This document shows positions 32,451 through 58,879 of a DNA stretch of 64,000 nt, piece by piece. This stretch comes from Chrysomallon squamiferum (lineage: Eukaryota; Animalia; Mollusca): positions 9,548,001 through 9,612,000 of the forward strand of contig CM022665.1 in the NCBI GenBank assembly GCA_012295275.1, in the 5' to 3' direction. The notes beneath the pieces are model-generated. The model ran no database searches, was not told the origin of the DNA, and saw only the letters and a list, made by a program, of their open reading frames with translations. Position 1 is the first letter of the stretch; the number at the start of each line of letters is the position of its first letter. The position numbers were made by a program, and so were the translations under genes.

Positions 32451-33702
32451 TAATCAAATTCAAGAACGATTAAATTTAGTCTGTCATGCATGCAGTATTT
32501 TCAACTAACTTCGAGACTTGTTTATATAAAGTTGTGCGTATTATCTTTGGGGTTCATGCATTTTATTTCTTTTCCACCTGTCTTTATTTTTTAAAATAAT
32601 CTGATGATTGTCGTGTAATTCATACAGTCATATAACCGTATTCAGTTTTGTCATTATTTTGTTTATGATTATATTATTAAATTGAACTAACTGAAAGTTA
32701 TAATATTTCAAATAGATAAACAAATAGATAAATAAAATGATAGTTTATAATTTATTGAGATTTTTTTTTTAAATAGTGGGTTTTACGTATAATGTTTTTA
32801 AAATGGAATTCATAGTTGTCATTAATTTGTATTTATACCATCAGTAGGCTGTTTATTAATAAATCTTTTAATATGTAAATAAATTAAAATTATTTCGTTA
32901 TTTTTTAGATAAAATTGTACTGGGATTAAATCCTTTGCAGACAACAGTGAGTAAAATTAGTTTTGATATTACTATTAGTTTTCAATAAATATAAATTCCT
33001 TCAAAGTGATTATACTACAGACAGTGGCTATACAAGTTACATAACTTGTTAAGTGGAAGATCACTGCAATAACTTTTTATATACTATCAAAGCCCTTATT
33101 TAATTAATTAAATACCCATACTTGATACTTCAAATTTTTTATATAGTTACTTATTTTGAAGAGATAGAAACCCATAAACCTGAGGACATTGAATGTAAAT
33201 AATTAATACTGAACTTAAAAAGAAAATGTCATGGTCGTATATCGTATATTAAAATAATAATAATTAATAATAAAATATAAAATATAAATAAATAAATTAA
33301 ATCTAATATAAATAAATTAAATAAAATTAAATATACATTAATAAATAAATTATGTTTCTAAAATTATATTTTCATGTTTTAATTTGTTAAATTGATTAAC
33401 ATTACATGTCTGTCTGTATTTTACAAAAAAATATTAATTGTTATCTTCATTGGATTTATTTTGTATTTGTTTTTTTAAGATGATGACATTCAAAAGATGA
33501 AATAATTTAACACCATTAGTCTGTCAGCATAAGCAGTTTGGAAGTTTTGTCAACTGTTCAAAAACTAGATTTTTATCAAAGACTTGAAGTGATTGTACAA
33601 GTGAAAAAGAAAAAAGTTATCCTGAATATCAAAAGCCAGTCTTTTGTGTTAGCTGGATTTAATCTCTGTGTTTTTTATATAAAGAATTTAAATCCTTAAA
33701 TA

Positions 33703-47284
<13,582 letters not shown>

Positions 47285-48605
47285 AGTTTACACTGTTAGT
47301 GTCTGTTGCATTTTTAAATATATTATTTAAATAAGCAACATGTTCTCAGTGTTCCTAAGTTTCACGTTTCTAATGAAAATAAGACTTTATGGTTTAAATA
47401 AATGTATATATGGAGGTATGTGTGGATGTGTGTGCTGCTTCTAGTGCTTAGAATAAGACACATTAAATAATATAACTGCACAAGCTTTTGTTTAATAATG
47501 ACCCACAGTAACATCTCAAATCAATTTTGCCATTATTATTTAATGGAGAGATACAATGATAGATTTGTCCATTTGGAAGACAAATGTTTTATTGGTTTAT
47601 GATTTCATTTCTGTTTTTATCATCACTTTTATTTAATTTTTAATAGTGAAGCGAAAAAAAGTTAATCTTTGGTGAAGTGCAGTGTAATATGATTAGCTTT
47701 TGAAAAATTTGCTTTATTTTTGGATCATAATTTTGGAGAAGTGTGTGGCCACATACACCAACACTTCTTTGATCAACCTACTAATTTATTAACAGCTCAC
47801 TTTGATATACCTGTGAATTATACACTTGTATTCATTTCCTTTTGTGAAATAAGCTGAATGACAATAATGAATGAATTTCTACTCTGAAGTTATTTTGTGA
47901 TGTTGAAGTATAGTTTTGTTTAAATTTTACATATATTTATATATAATCATGAATGGTAAAAATTAAATTACCATTACTATGGGATAATTTATATAAGCTT
48001 CATATGTAACACATCTGATCACCTAAGCTACATTAAACTGTCAGTTGATTTGCATAATATTGTTATAAGTTAAAAGGAAACTGAAGGTCCTTTATAAATC
48101 ATGTGAGAGTACAAGTTAAAAATTCTTTAAAAATGTACACAAATAATTCAGGGTCAGAAAAGCAAATCTGACATTTTGTTTAACAAAAGGTTTTTGCTTT
48201 TTATTTGATTTGCTGTCTCATTTAAAAATTAAGTTCAGTATGCATTTATTTTTTTATATCTGTGTAAACTAAACTGTGACATACTGTAAAATCTGACTTG
48301 CATTCAAAATACAATCACACGATATTTACATACTGTTCTGTTTTTGAAAATCCTTAACAAAATATTTGCTCATTCTAATATATTATTTAACAATAATGAT
48401 GACAATGATTATGGTAAAAATAATAATTACTAACAAAAAAAACAACAATAGCATTAAAAATTCATATTTAAAAAACAATGATGAAACGAATAATATCACA
48501 GAATTTGTTTAGGCTTATGAAAATAATAATTAATTCAATAACTCAGTTATTAGATAATAATAAAGAATGAAGAATAAATATATACCACTACTGCATCTAA
48601 TGATA

Positions 48606-48644
<39 letters not shown>

Positions 48645-49200
48645 ATAATAATAATAATAATCATGACTATAAAAAAATAAATGCTCATACTGTATTTAAA
48701 AAAACAATGCCTTATAAAATAAAATCATTTTTAAATAAAATTATATAACCGCAAAATAACAGTGAATGATTGTATGAATATATTTTATTTCAGCAAAACA
48801 TTTTGTTTAATTTTGAATATTTTAACAGTGAGACAGTTAATGTTCCTGTTTGCAAATATAATCTTTTTATTATTTTAAAAACAAAACATTTTTATTTGCA
48901 TATTGTTATATTTATCAAAGTATCCAAACGAAGTTAATAATAAAAATTGTTTTAACACTCATTGGTTGTTATTTTTTTTAAATTTTATTCAAGTTTATGT
49001 CTAAATAATTAAAAACAATATATATTTTTTTAAGTATGGTAAATATCGGGTTTCTTTTTTTTTTTCTTTTTTTGTTAAATTTAAATTCTATTTCTGTCTC
49101 TTCCATTTTATATATATAGACACACATACACACTTATGTTTGTATGTATAAAATAAAAGGTTTATTATTAGTAGTATTATTAATATTATTATTTAATAAA

Positions 49201-49510
49201 CAGGGTCATTCAAAAGTCGTGCTACACTTTTAAATTTTAATTAAATGAAAACAGCTTTACTCATTTGAACAAAATTAGTTGTGAACTTTCTATAGACTGC
49301 TACAATTTGAAAAAGTGGGCAATTTGTCTAAAAGAAGGCGCTCACGTTGAAGTCTATAGAGCCTAAGAAAACGGAAGAAGAGGGATATTTTCATTATGGG
49401 ACAAATTGTAGCAGTCTATAGAAAGTTCTCGACTAATTTTGTTCAAATCCGTAAAGCCATTTTCATTTAATTAAAATTTAAAAGTGTAGTGGGACTTTTG
49501 AATGACCCTG
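49201..49510. mobile_element. Tc1/mariner-type MITE with ~110-bp terminal inverted repeats
   Basis: Left 'cagggtcattcaaaagtc...ctatagactgctacaatttg' is the reverse complement of right 'caaattgtagcagtctatag...gacttttgaatgaccctg'. The canonical TA flanks are not intact (AA/TT). Confidence 0.85.
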
Positions 49511-49777
49511 TTCTTTAATATGCTTTTAAAATATTAATTATTAGAAAAAAGTTACTTTTATTATTCTGCATAAATGTTTTGCAGTTCAGAGAAATGTATG
49601 CATGTGTATATATTTGGTATTTAATTAAATGGAAACTTCAAACAAAGAAAAAGGTAATAGTAGATGTAATTATAGGATGAAACAAACTGAAACTGATTAA
49701 GGAATGTTTTTACACTGGAAAAAAAGAAGAACAAACAAACAAGGAAACTCACAAAAGGAAAAACAATTTAATACAGG

Positions 49778-49783
49778 TTTATT
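49778..49783 (-). terminator. Candidate minus-strand poly(A) signal downstream of the repeat array
   Basis: Minus-strand AATAAA, followed about 15-50 nt later by a U/GU-rich tract (ttgtttttccttttgtgagtttccttgtttgtttg). Confidence 0.35.
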
Positions 49784-50299
49784 TGCAAAAAATTAAATTT
49801 GATTTATAAATCTTTTAACAAATATGTGACTAGAGTTTAAAATTATTAAAACTGGTTAACAATCTATCTGTACATCAACCAGTTTTACTTCTACACATAT
49901 ATGCTAATTATCTTTAATATTAAAGTTTTTGATCAATTGATCAAATAAAGTATCATTAAATATTAATGATTTTAGTTATTTTTATAAAAAACATATCTAA
50001 TGAAATTAATTTCATAACTGATAATCAAAGTCTTTAAACTTTGATAAAAATGATAGTAACAAGAAACTATAATAATGATAATGTAACACAGAAAATGTGT
50101 GTTCTACAGATAACATTAACTACAAACACTAATGTTTTATAGTTATTATGAAGGTAACTCTATACCATCTTGAATGTTTTATTGTTACCTTTATATTAAG
50201 GTAACTTCAGTTCATCCGGAATTTGTTTTACTGTTACTACAAATGTAACTCTATACCATCTTCAATATATTGTTATGAAATGCATTTGACTAAAATGTC

Positions 50300-53200
50300 A
50301 TTTCTTTCTGTCTCTTTTGCTGCTTTCACACTTACTTCAACTAGCAACTTAGATTTCTGTTTTATGATAACTGTATGCTGTAGTTCCATCACAGTTTCTC
50401 TTGTACCAAATGTTTCTGTTGTGACACTATATTCTCTTGTGCCACAGATTTCTGTTTTATCATAAGTAGTTGTGATGCCATTTCCTCTACTGTCTTAAAT
50501 TTCTGTTTTATAAAATATTGCATCTGCAACATGACTTTCTTTCCCACTGTAGGTTTCAGTTGCAAAATTATTTCCTCTTCTGTCTAGATTTCAGTATTAT
50601 TAAATTTTTTCACCATAATATTAACTTTATTTTCTCCAGTGTCTTAGGTCTATTTTATCATACACTGAAGGTGCTAATACTATTTCCTCTAGTGACCTAG
50701 GTTTCTGTTTTCTCGCATCTCTCTTTTACCCTTCATTGTCAGTGAATCATTATTTCCTCTCATTGCATACATTTCTGTTGCTGCAAAACTATCTCCTTCC
50801 TTTCCACAAGTTTTTCTTCTGTGAAACTATTTCTTCTAAACTTCTTACATTTCTCTTTTAACAGTTGAGATATTTTATTCTCAACTGTTTCATGCTTGTG
50901 TTTTATCATGCAACACTATTTTCTCTGCCCTTTCAGATTTCTCTCTTTTCAAACATTTTTACTGTGTACATATTTTCTCAAGTGTCTTAGGTTTATGTTA
51001 TATCATTTCCTCTCTTCCCACAGCTTTCTGTTTTATATATTTCCATTACATAGCTAGTTTCTCTAGTGTCTGATTGCTTCTCCTTTATCATACCTTTCTG
51101 TTCCAACAATATTTCATCTAGACTCTAACTTTTCTCTTATCTTTCCACAGGATTCAGTTTTATAATATATTTTCATTTCTAAACTATTTTTCAAAGTGTC
51201 TTAGGTCTCTGTTTCATCATTCATTGTCAGTGGTGCACTATTTCTTTTCTTATCACAGGTTTCTATTTAATCACGTTTCCTCTAGTATTCTAGGTTTCAA
51301 TTTTATCATTGGTTGCCATTACAGTATTATTTTCTCTAATGTCTGATATCTGACTTTTATCATACTTCTGATTGCAATAATATTGTCTCCAGCCTTGTAC
51401 ATTTCTCTTTTTTCAGACATTGCTGCTGTGACCCTATTTTTCTATAGTGTCTTAGGTCTTTCTTTTATGCCAGTAATTCCTCTAGTCCCACAGCTTTCTT
51501 TCTTACCATATATTTCCTCTGACATGTCTCTGTTTTAAAATTAGTTGCCTGTATAGCACTGTTTCTTCTCTTCCCATAGCTTTCTGCTTTAAAATTGTTT
51601 TGTCACAGAATTGTTGTTTTTTTGTTGTTTTTTTCTTCCTGTCTTAGGTCACTATTGTACCATTTGTTGCCAGTGGATCACTGTTACTCTTTCCCATATC
51701 TTTCTGTTTTATCATATATTTCCTCTAACAAACAATTTCATCTTGTATCTTAGGCCTTTGCTTTATCATTCATTTGCAATTTAAGTTACAAAACTATTTC
51801 TTCTATTAGTGTTGCAGTATTTCTTACCCTACTGTCTTAGGGCTGTCTTTTATTATAGTTTTCATTGGGAATGTATTTCCTGTATGCTATGTTTGTGTTT
51901 TTTCTTTACTGGTATTATGACTCTCTTTTCTAAAGTGACCCTACCTTCTTTCATCCAGTAGGTTTCTGTTTTATAATATGTTTTCATTACAAAAGTAATT
52001 CTTCTGTCTTTGTATCATCATTTATGGCAGTGCAAAACTATTTATCCTCTCCTCAAGTTTCTGTTTTATCCGATTCTTGCATTTCAAAACTTTATCCTCT
52101 TTTCCAACAGGTTTCTGTTTTATCATATACTTCCTCTCTGCAACTGTTTCTTCTAATGTCTTAGATTTATCTCGTAATGCTTAAGGTCATTAAATTTTAA
52201 TGCCAGAATAGCACTATATCCTCTCACTCCAAAGCTTTCTTTTTTGTGATCTGTTTTCACTGCTACAGTTCCTTCTATTCTCTTAAGTTTCTGTTTTATG
52301 ATATACTGCAAATGCAGTATTTATTACTGTACTGTCTTATGCTTGTGTTTGATTATAGTTTTCCACTGCAAGTATATTTTCCTCTGACCTATTATATTTT
52401 CTGCAGTTTTCTTCAAGTTTGGCACTGTGGCCCTATTGTCTCAAGTTTTCCTACTTCTTCTCTTCCCACAGGTTTCTGTTTTATAGTATTACTTCTTTGT
52501 GAAACTATTTTATCTGGGGTTTTTTGTAGGAGGTTTCTATTTTATTATACTTCCAATTCAAAACTATTTCCATCATTCTTACAAGTTATGATGTTATTCT
52601 CACTAGTGTGTGATGCCACTTATTGTATCCTGATGCAACATTACTTCTTTGTTCTTAGGCTTCTCTTTTTTCCAATATTCCCTGCTCTGTCCCTATCCTC
52701 TGATGTGTCTTCGGTTTCTGTATCATCAACAGTTGATAATGGTACACTAACTCTTTCATCTCATTTTGATACAGTTTATGTATTAAAATATGTTTTCATC
52801 CCAAATCCTTTTACATTAGATTTCTGATCATATGTTGCAACTGTGAAACTCTTTCTGGCAATATTTCAGATCTCTGTTTTATCACAGGTTGCCATTAGAA
52901 TTCTATTTTCTCTAGTGTCTGATATTTCTGACCATTTAGATTTCTCTTTTATTTTATGTCACAGATCTCCATTTTCTCATTCTTTGTCTATGTCACTTTA
53001 TGTTACTATCATCTAATAGTTTATCTTTCACAATGCATTTTGCTTACAAAACTATTTCTTGTACTGTATAAGGTCTCTGTTTAATCATTTGTTGCTGGCA
53101 AAGCACTGTTTCCAACTCTTTCCATAGGTTTCTTGTTTCCATTCATATATTTCATACTGCAAAACTCTTTAGCTGTCTTAAGTCTTTTTTTTATCATATA

Positions 53201-56200
53201 TAGCCTTGCATTACTATTTTCTCTAATGTTTCTTTTATAATACTTCTCCAGTCCAGTACTATTTCATATGGTTTCTTACATTTCTCTCTTCAAATGTTGC
53301 CTTTGTGACTCAGTTTGCTCTCAGACCTATATTTTATCATTAACTGCCAGCAAAATGCTATTTAATCTCTTCTTGTAGGTTTCTATTTTATAAAAAAAAA
53401 ACGTCCCTAAATCATTTCCTTTGATATGTTAGGTCTCTGTTTTAACATTTGTTACCAGTTCAGCACTATTAGTATTATCTCTGTTTTATGTTTCCATTTT
53501 AGAAATACTTCCTCCCTTCCCACATGATACTGTTTTATCATATAGTTCAGCTATGAAACTTTCTTATCATAGTTTCATCTTGCAGCCCTATTTTCTGTAG
53601 GTCTCTCTTTTAACTTTCTGTGCCAGTGCAGCAGTTTTCCTGTCTATCTATAAGTTTCTGTTTTAAATGCTGAACTATTTTGTAGGTCTCTTTCTCATCA
53701 TCATTACCAGTTCAACACTGTTTCCGCTCTTTACACTGATTTCAGTTTTATGTGTTTTCATTCTGAAACTATTTTTCCTAGTGTGTCAGGTTTTTTACCA
53801 CTAGAACACTAGTTCCTCTTTCCGTGGGTTTCTATTTTATATTTCTTTGCTAAACTTTTTCTTCTAGTGTCTTCAGTTTTATAACATGTTTTCACTGCAA
53901 AACTATTTCTTCTGTTTCTTAGGTGTCTGTTTTATAATTCTTTGCCAGAGCGGCATTACTTCCCGTAAGTTTCTGTTTTTTTAATGTCTTCATTCTAAAA
54001 CTATTTCCTCTCCTGCCATAGTTTTATCATATGCTTCCATTTCAGAACTGTTTCTTCCTTTTTGACATTTTTCTTATGTATATCCTCTGCAAAACTTATT
54101 CCAATGCCTTAGGTTTCTTTTTTCTGACTTTAAGTTGTGATTTTGTTTTCTCAGTTGTCTTAGGTTTCTCTTTTATCATTTGTATATTAGCCTTATGTCT
54201 TCTTTTCCCAATGGTTTCTGTTTTATAATATGTTTCACTGAGAATTTATTTCTTCTCTGTCCAATTATTAGTTGCTGATGCAGTAATACTTCAGCTTTTC
54301 ATATAGATTTCTGTTTTATCGTTTTTGCTGCAAAATATTTCTTCTGAAGTCTTAAGTTTTATTATAGTTTCTCACTGAGGCACTACTTATTTAGGCCCCT
54401 TAGGTTTCTCTGTTTTTGAGATACAACTGTTGTAACCCACTTTTCTCAAGTGTCTTTCATTTCTGTTGTATTATTTGCTTCCAGAGTATCACTGTTTCCT
54501 CTCTTTACGTAGTTTTCATTTCAAAACTTTCTTATACCATCTTAAAAATCTCTTTTTTCATATAATGTCTTGTGATACTATTTTTTCTAGTGTCTGATGT
54601 TTCCTTTATAATATTTTTCTCTTGCTACAATAATTCTGGCCTCTTATGTTTCTCTTTTCTTCAGATGTTGCTGTTGTGACCCAGTTTTCTCAAATATCTT
54701 AGGTCTGTTAACATTTGTTGCCTGTGTATCACCATTTCTTCTCTTCCCATAGCTTCCAGTTTTATAACATTTTATTTTTGCAAAACAATTACTCTTGTTT
54801 TAGGTTTCTCTTTTATCCATTTGTGCCAGTGCAGCACAATTTTCTCTCTTTCCATAGATTTCAATCTTTCTTTTTCTAGTGTCTTCAATTGGACTTTTTC
54901 ATTCCTTGCCAATGCAGTACTCTAACTAACCTCTCTTCTCACAACTTTCTGTTTTTTAATGTTTTCATTCTTAAAAGATATCTTCTTGTGTGTTTCAGTA
55001 TTTGTTGCTGGTGCAGGACTACTTGCTCTTTTTTTTCTGTTTTATAATATGTTTTTGTTGTGAAACTGTTTTCTTTAGTGTCCTAAGTCTCTGTTTTATT
55101 ATGTAATGACCCCTGTGCAACACTATCTGATCTCTTCATATAGACTTCTGTTCTATCACACTTTTCTTCTGTATGTTCAGTATTTATCATTTGCACAGCA
55201 TGTCTTCCTCTTTCAGTAGCTCTCTGTATTCTAATTTGTTTCTGTTTAGAAACTACTTCCTCTCTTTCAACAGGTTTCTATATTGTAATAATTATATTTT
55301 CGTTGCTAAAATATTTTGTCTAATGTCTTAGGTCTCTGTTTTAACATATGTTGCAAAAGAAACACTACTTCATTTCTTTGCATAAATTTCTGTTTTATAA
55401 TAGTTTTCACTGTCAAAATATTTCTTCTAATGTCTTATGTCTCTGTTTTCTCATTCATTTTGAATGTAACACTTCTCCCTCTCTATCTGAAGATTTCTGT
55501 TTTGTAATATGTTTTCACTGTAAAACTGTCTTCTCTAGTTTGTTGTTTCAGATTTATCTTATGTTTGTGTTGTGATATGTTTTTCTGTTACACCACAAAT
55601 TTCTGTTTTATTGAGTGTTCGTGGTGTGACAGAATTAGTTCTAGTGTGACAGATTTCTGTGTCTTGGACACAACTTTCTTTTGCTATACTGTTTCATCAG
55701 TCCTTTTGGGTTTTTGTTTCTTCAGTGCAAAACTTTTTTTTGTTTTACCGTATTTCGTACTGTAGCTCTATTTGTTATGGTGTTTTAGATTTCTCTTTTA
55801 TCATATGTTGTTGTGGCAACAGCCTTTTCTGTAGTTCCACTATTTACTGTTGGTTTGTCCTCAAACAAAATTATTTAATTGTTTCAGAAGTTCCTCCTGT
55901 TAGATGGCTTCTGTGATCTTGTGAACAGGTACTGAAAAAAAAAAATAACTAAAATAAATATTAGTGTGGTTGGTTCTGATTCTTGTTCTCACTTTGTCTT
56001 TCTTTCCAAGACGAAAATGTGTGTATGCTTGTATACATTTATATTTTTGTTTGTGCATCTATATGTTTGAGCTAGTGCATGTGTATGTGTGTGTGTGTAT
56101 GCATTTACATGTGTATAAATATATATTTCCATCAAAAGGAATCATCTAGATAAGGAACATTATACACAGCTTTCTGTTTTTCAATGTTTCATTCTTAAAT

Positions 56201-57240
56201 TATTTGTTCTTGTGTTAAGCCCCTGTTTCAATATTTGTTGCAGGTGCAGGTCTACTTACACTTTTTCTACTTGTTTCTCTTTTATAATACATTTTTGTTG
56301 TGAAACTGTTTCTTTTAGTGTGCTAAGTCTCTGAGTTCATTCAGCAACACTATTTGATCTTTTCATATATGATTTTGTTTTATAACTTTTTTTATATATA
56401 TATATCTTCAGTATCTGTTTTATCATTCACACAGGATTTTCTCTCATTCAATAGGTTTCTGTTTTATAATTTTTTCTTTGCTAAAGTTTTTCTTCTAGTG
56501 TCTTAGCTTTTTCTTTTTTTTTTCATTCTGTTCCAGTGCCTCATCTTTACCTCTCTTTCAGTAGCTCTCTGTATTCTAATTTGTTTCTGTTTAGAAACTA
56601 CTTCCTCTCTTTCAACAGGTTTCTATATTGTAATAATTATATTTTTGTTGCTAAAATATTTCGTCTAATGTCTTAGGTCTCTGTTTTAACATATGTTGCA
56701 AAAGAAGCACTACTTCATTTCTTTGCATAAATTTCTGTTTTATAATAGTTTTCACTGTCAAAAAATTTCTTCTAATGTCTTAGGTCTCTGTTTTCTCATT
56801 CATTTTGAATGTAACACTTCTCCCTCTCTATCTGAAGATTTCTGTTTTGTAATATGTTTTCACTGTAAAACTGTCTTCTCTTGTTTGTTGTTTCAGATTT
56901 ATCTTATGTTTGTGTTGTGATATGTTTTTCTGTTACACCACAAATTTCTGTTTTATTGAATGTTCATGGTGTGACAGAATTAGTTCTAGTGTGACAGATT
57001 TCTGTGTCTTGGACACAACTTTCTTTTGTTAGACTGTTTCATCAGTCCTTTTGGGTTTTTGTTTCTTCAGTGCAAAACTTTTTTTTGTTTTACCATACTT
57101 TGTACAGTAGCTCTATTTCTTATTTCTTGTGGTGTTTTAGATTTCTCTTTTATCATATGTTGTTGTGGCAACAGTCTTTTCTGTAGTTCCACTATTTACT
57201 GTTGGTTTGTCCTCAAACAAAATTATTTAATTGTTTCAGA
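50300..57240. repeat. ~7-kb diverged tandem array of ~53-54-bp monomers with several monomer subtypes
   Basis: Core 'gtttctgttttat' recurs throughout. Subtypes '...ctatttcttctagtgtcttaggtctctgttttat' and '...cactatttcctctcttcccacaggtttctgttttat' alternate. The plus strand is strongly T/C-rich and there is no long ORF. Confidence 0.85.
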
Positions 57241-57465
57241 AGTTCCTCCTGTTAGATGGCTTCTGTGGTCTTGCGAACCAGTACTATAAAAATAAATAAA
57301 ATAAATATTAGTGTGATTCGTTCTGATTCCTGTTCTCACTTTGTCTTTCTTTCAAAGAAGAAAATGTTTGTGTTAGTATATGTGTATGTGTTTTTTGTGT
57401 ATATATTTGCATGTCTATAGATATGGTGTATTTCCATCAAAAGGTATTATCTAGATAAGGGACAA
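54940..57465. repeat. Tandem segmental duplication (~54940-56160 and ~56165-57465)
   Basis: 55207-56040 and 56553-57365 are nearly identical (offset about 1.35 kb). The ORF track shows paired near-identical ORFs (55348/56693 and 55659/57004). Confidence 0.9.
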
Positions 57466-57850
57466 AATATTGAATAAACATTAATTTTATGTTTCGTTAA
57501 AAAAAAAAAAAAAAAAAAACCATTTCTGGAATTCTTGAACAGTGAAAATATTTTTGAATTTCACTTCATTTTTTAATCACTTCTGTCAAAACTTAATGCA
57601 TTAGAACAGATCTCTGGACATAGTCAAATGATTTATAATACTTAAAAAAGGAATAGAGTAACTTTTTAACCACACCTGAAATAGTCCTTCACTAAATGTT
57701 GTGTACAATCACTGTTGTTTCTTTTAAACTCAGCTGTTCTTTCTCAAATGAAAATACTGCTTTGCTGATCATTTAAAACTGATGCAAGAAATATTCTACA
57801 GTAATATACACTTACTTTTATTTATTGAGCAAGAAAAACAATTTACTTAC

Positions 57851-57898
57851 ATACATAGATCTCTGTGTATTATGTGCTACATTTAATGTCGGTGGATG
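57851..57898 (-). other. Candidate 48-nt exon upstream of the repeat array
   Basis: Minus strand reads 'ccctttcag|CATCCACCG...TCTATGTAT|gtaagtaa', with strong acceptor and donor; phase-0 frame is open (HPPTLNVAHNTQRSMY). Confidence 0.4.
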
Positions 57899-58848
57899 CT
57901 GAAAGGGTGTGTTTATTAACCCCACCAAACCATCCGTCATATATTAAATGAAACTCGAAATAATTTGCTAGACAAATTTGAAACTATTTTTAAACAAAAT
58001 ATGACTAACAATTTTAGTTGTTTTGACGTTCTGTGTATGTATGTGTGTGCATGTATGTCAGTATGTATGTATGTATGTGTATATGTTTGTAAAATGCTTA
58101 AAATAAGAGGTAAGAGCTGATTAATTAACTATTATGCATTAAAAATGGTCTCACAAATTGCTTTTTTTTTTATTTCTCTTCATATCATTATGCATATTTA
58201 GCCATTCTAAGCCCTGCACATGACCTGTGACATATTAGAATCTATATGTTCATTTTGGTATCCTTTGTATTGTTAATGAATGAATGGAATTAGTTTTGGC
58301 CAATTAATTCTTTTATAAATTCTAAAATCCCCAATTGTGCTGCTGTTGATTATCAACAAAAGTTTGAAAAGGTAATTTATTTTTTGTTGTTTCTGAAAGA
58401 TGTTATGTTTAAGCATGTATGGCCATATCATTGTAGTCGATTGGTATGGATGGTGAAACTCAGGAACCAATTTTATTTGACATTTCAAACAAAGTCAGTA
58501 TAGGGTCCAGCATTGATGTAATAAGCTGTAGGCATATGCTCTACATGCAAGTGTGTTTAGTAATTTTTCTTTTGACAAAAAATAAAGATGGGTGATGCAT
58601 ATATATGTTAGAAAACTGCAGGTGGTTGTGTCCAAAATTTTGGATTTAAAAAAAAAAGAACTAACAGCAAGCCACGTATCACATATTTATGTATGTGTCT
58701 TTTTTTGAATAAATATTTATAATTTCATTCGTTTTATATTGACTACTGCAGTTATTGAACATTTTATTTACAAACATATAAATTACCAAAGTTTCATATC
58801 ATTTCACTGTTATAAATATCATAATTAATTTTACTCAGCTTGACAGAA

Positions 58849-58879
<31 letters not shown>

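Noticed and set aside
50300-57240. CRISPR-like repeat-spacer array
   Set aside because: Eukaryotic context with no cas genes, and the inter-core segments are homologous monomer variants rather than unique spacers.
50223-57289. Plus-strand hydrophobic ORFs (e.g. 52246-52827) as membrane proteins
   Set aside because: By-product of the T-rich strand of the tandem array; no splice or domain support.
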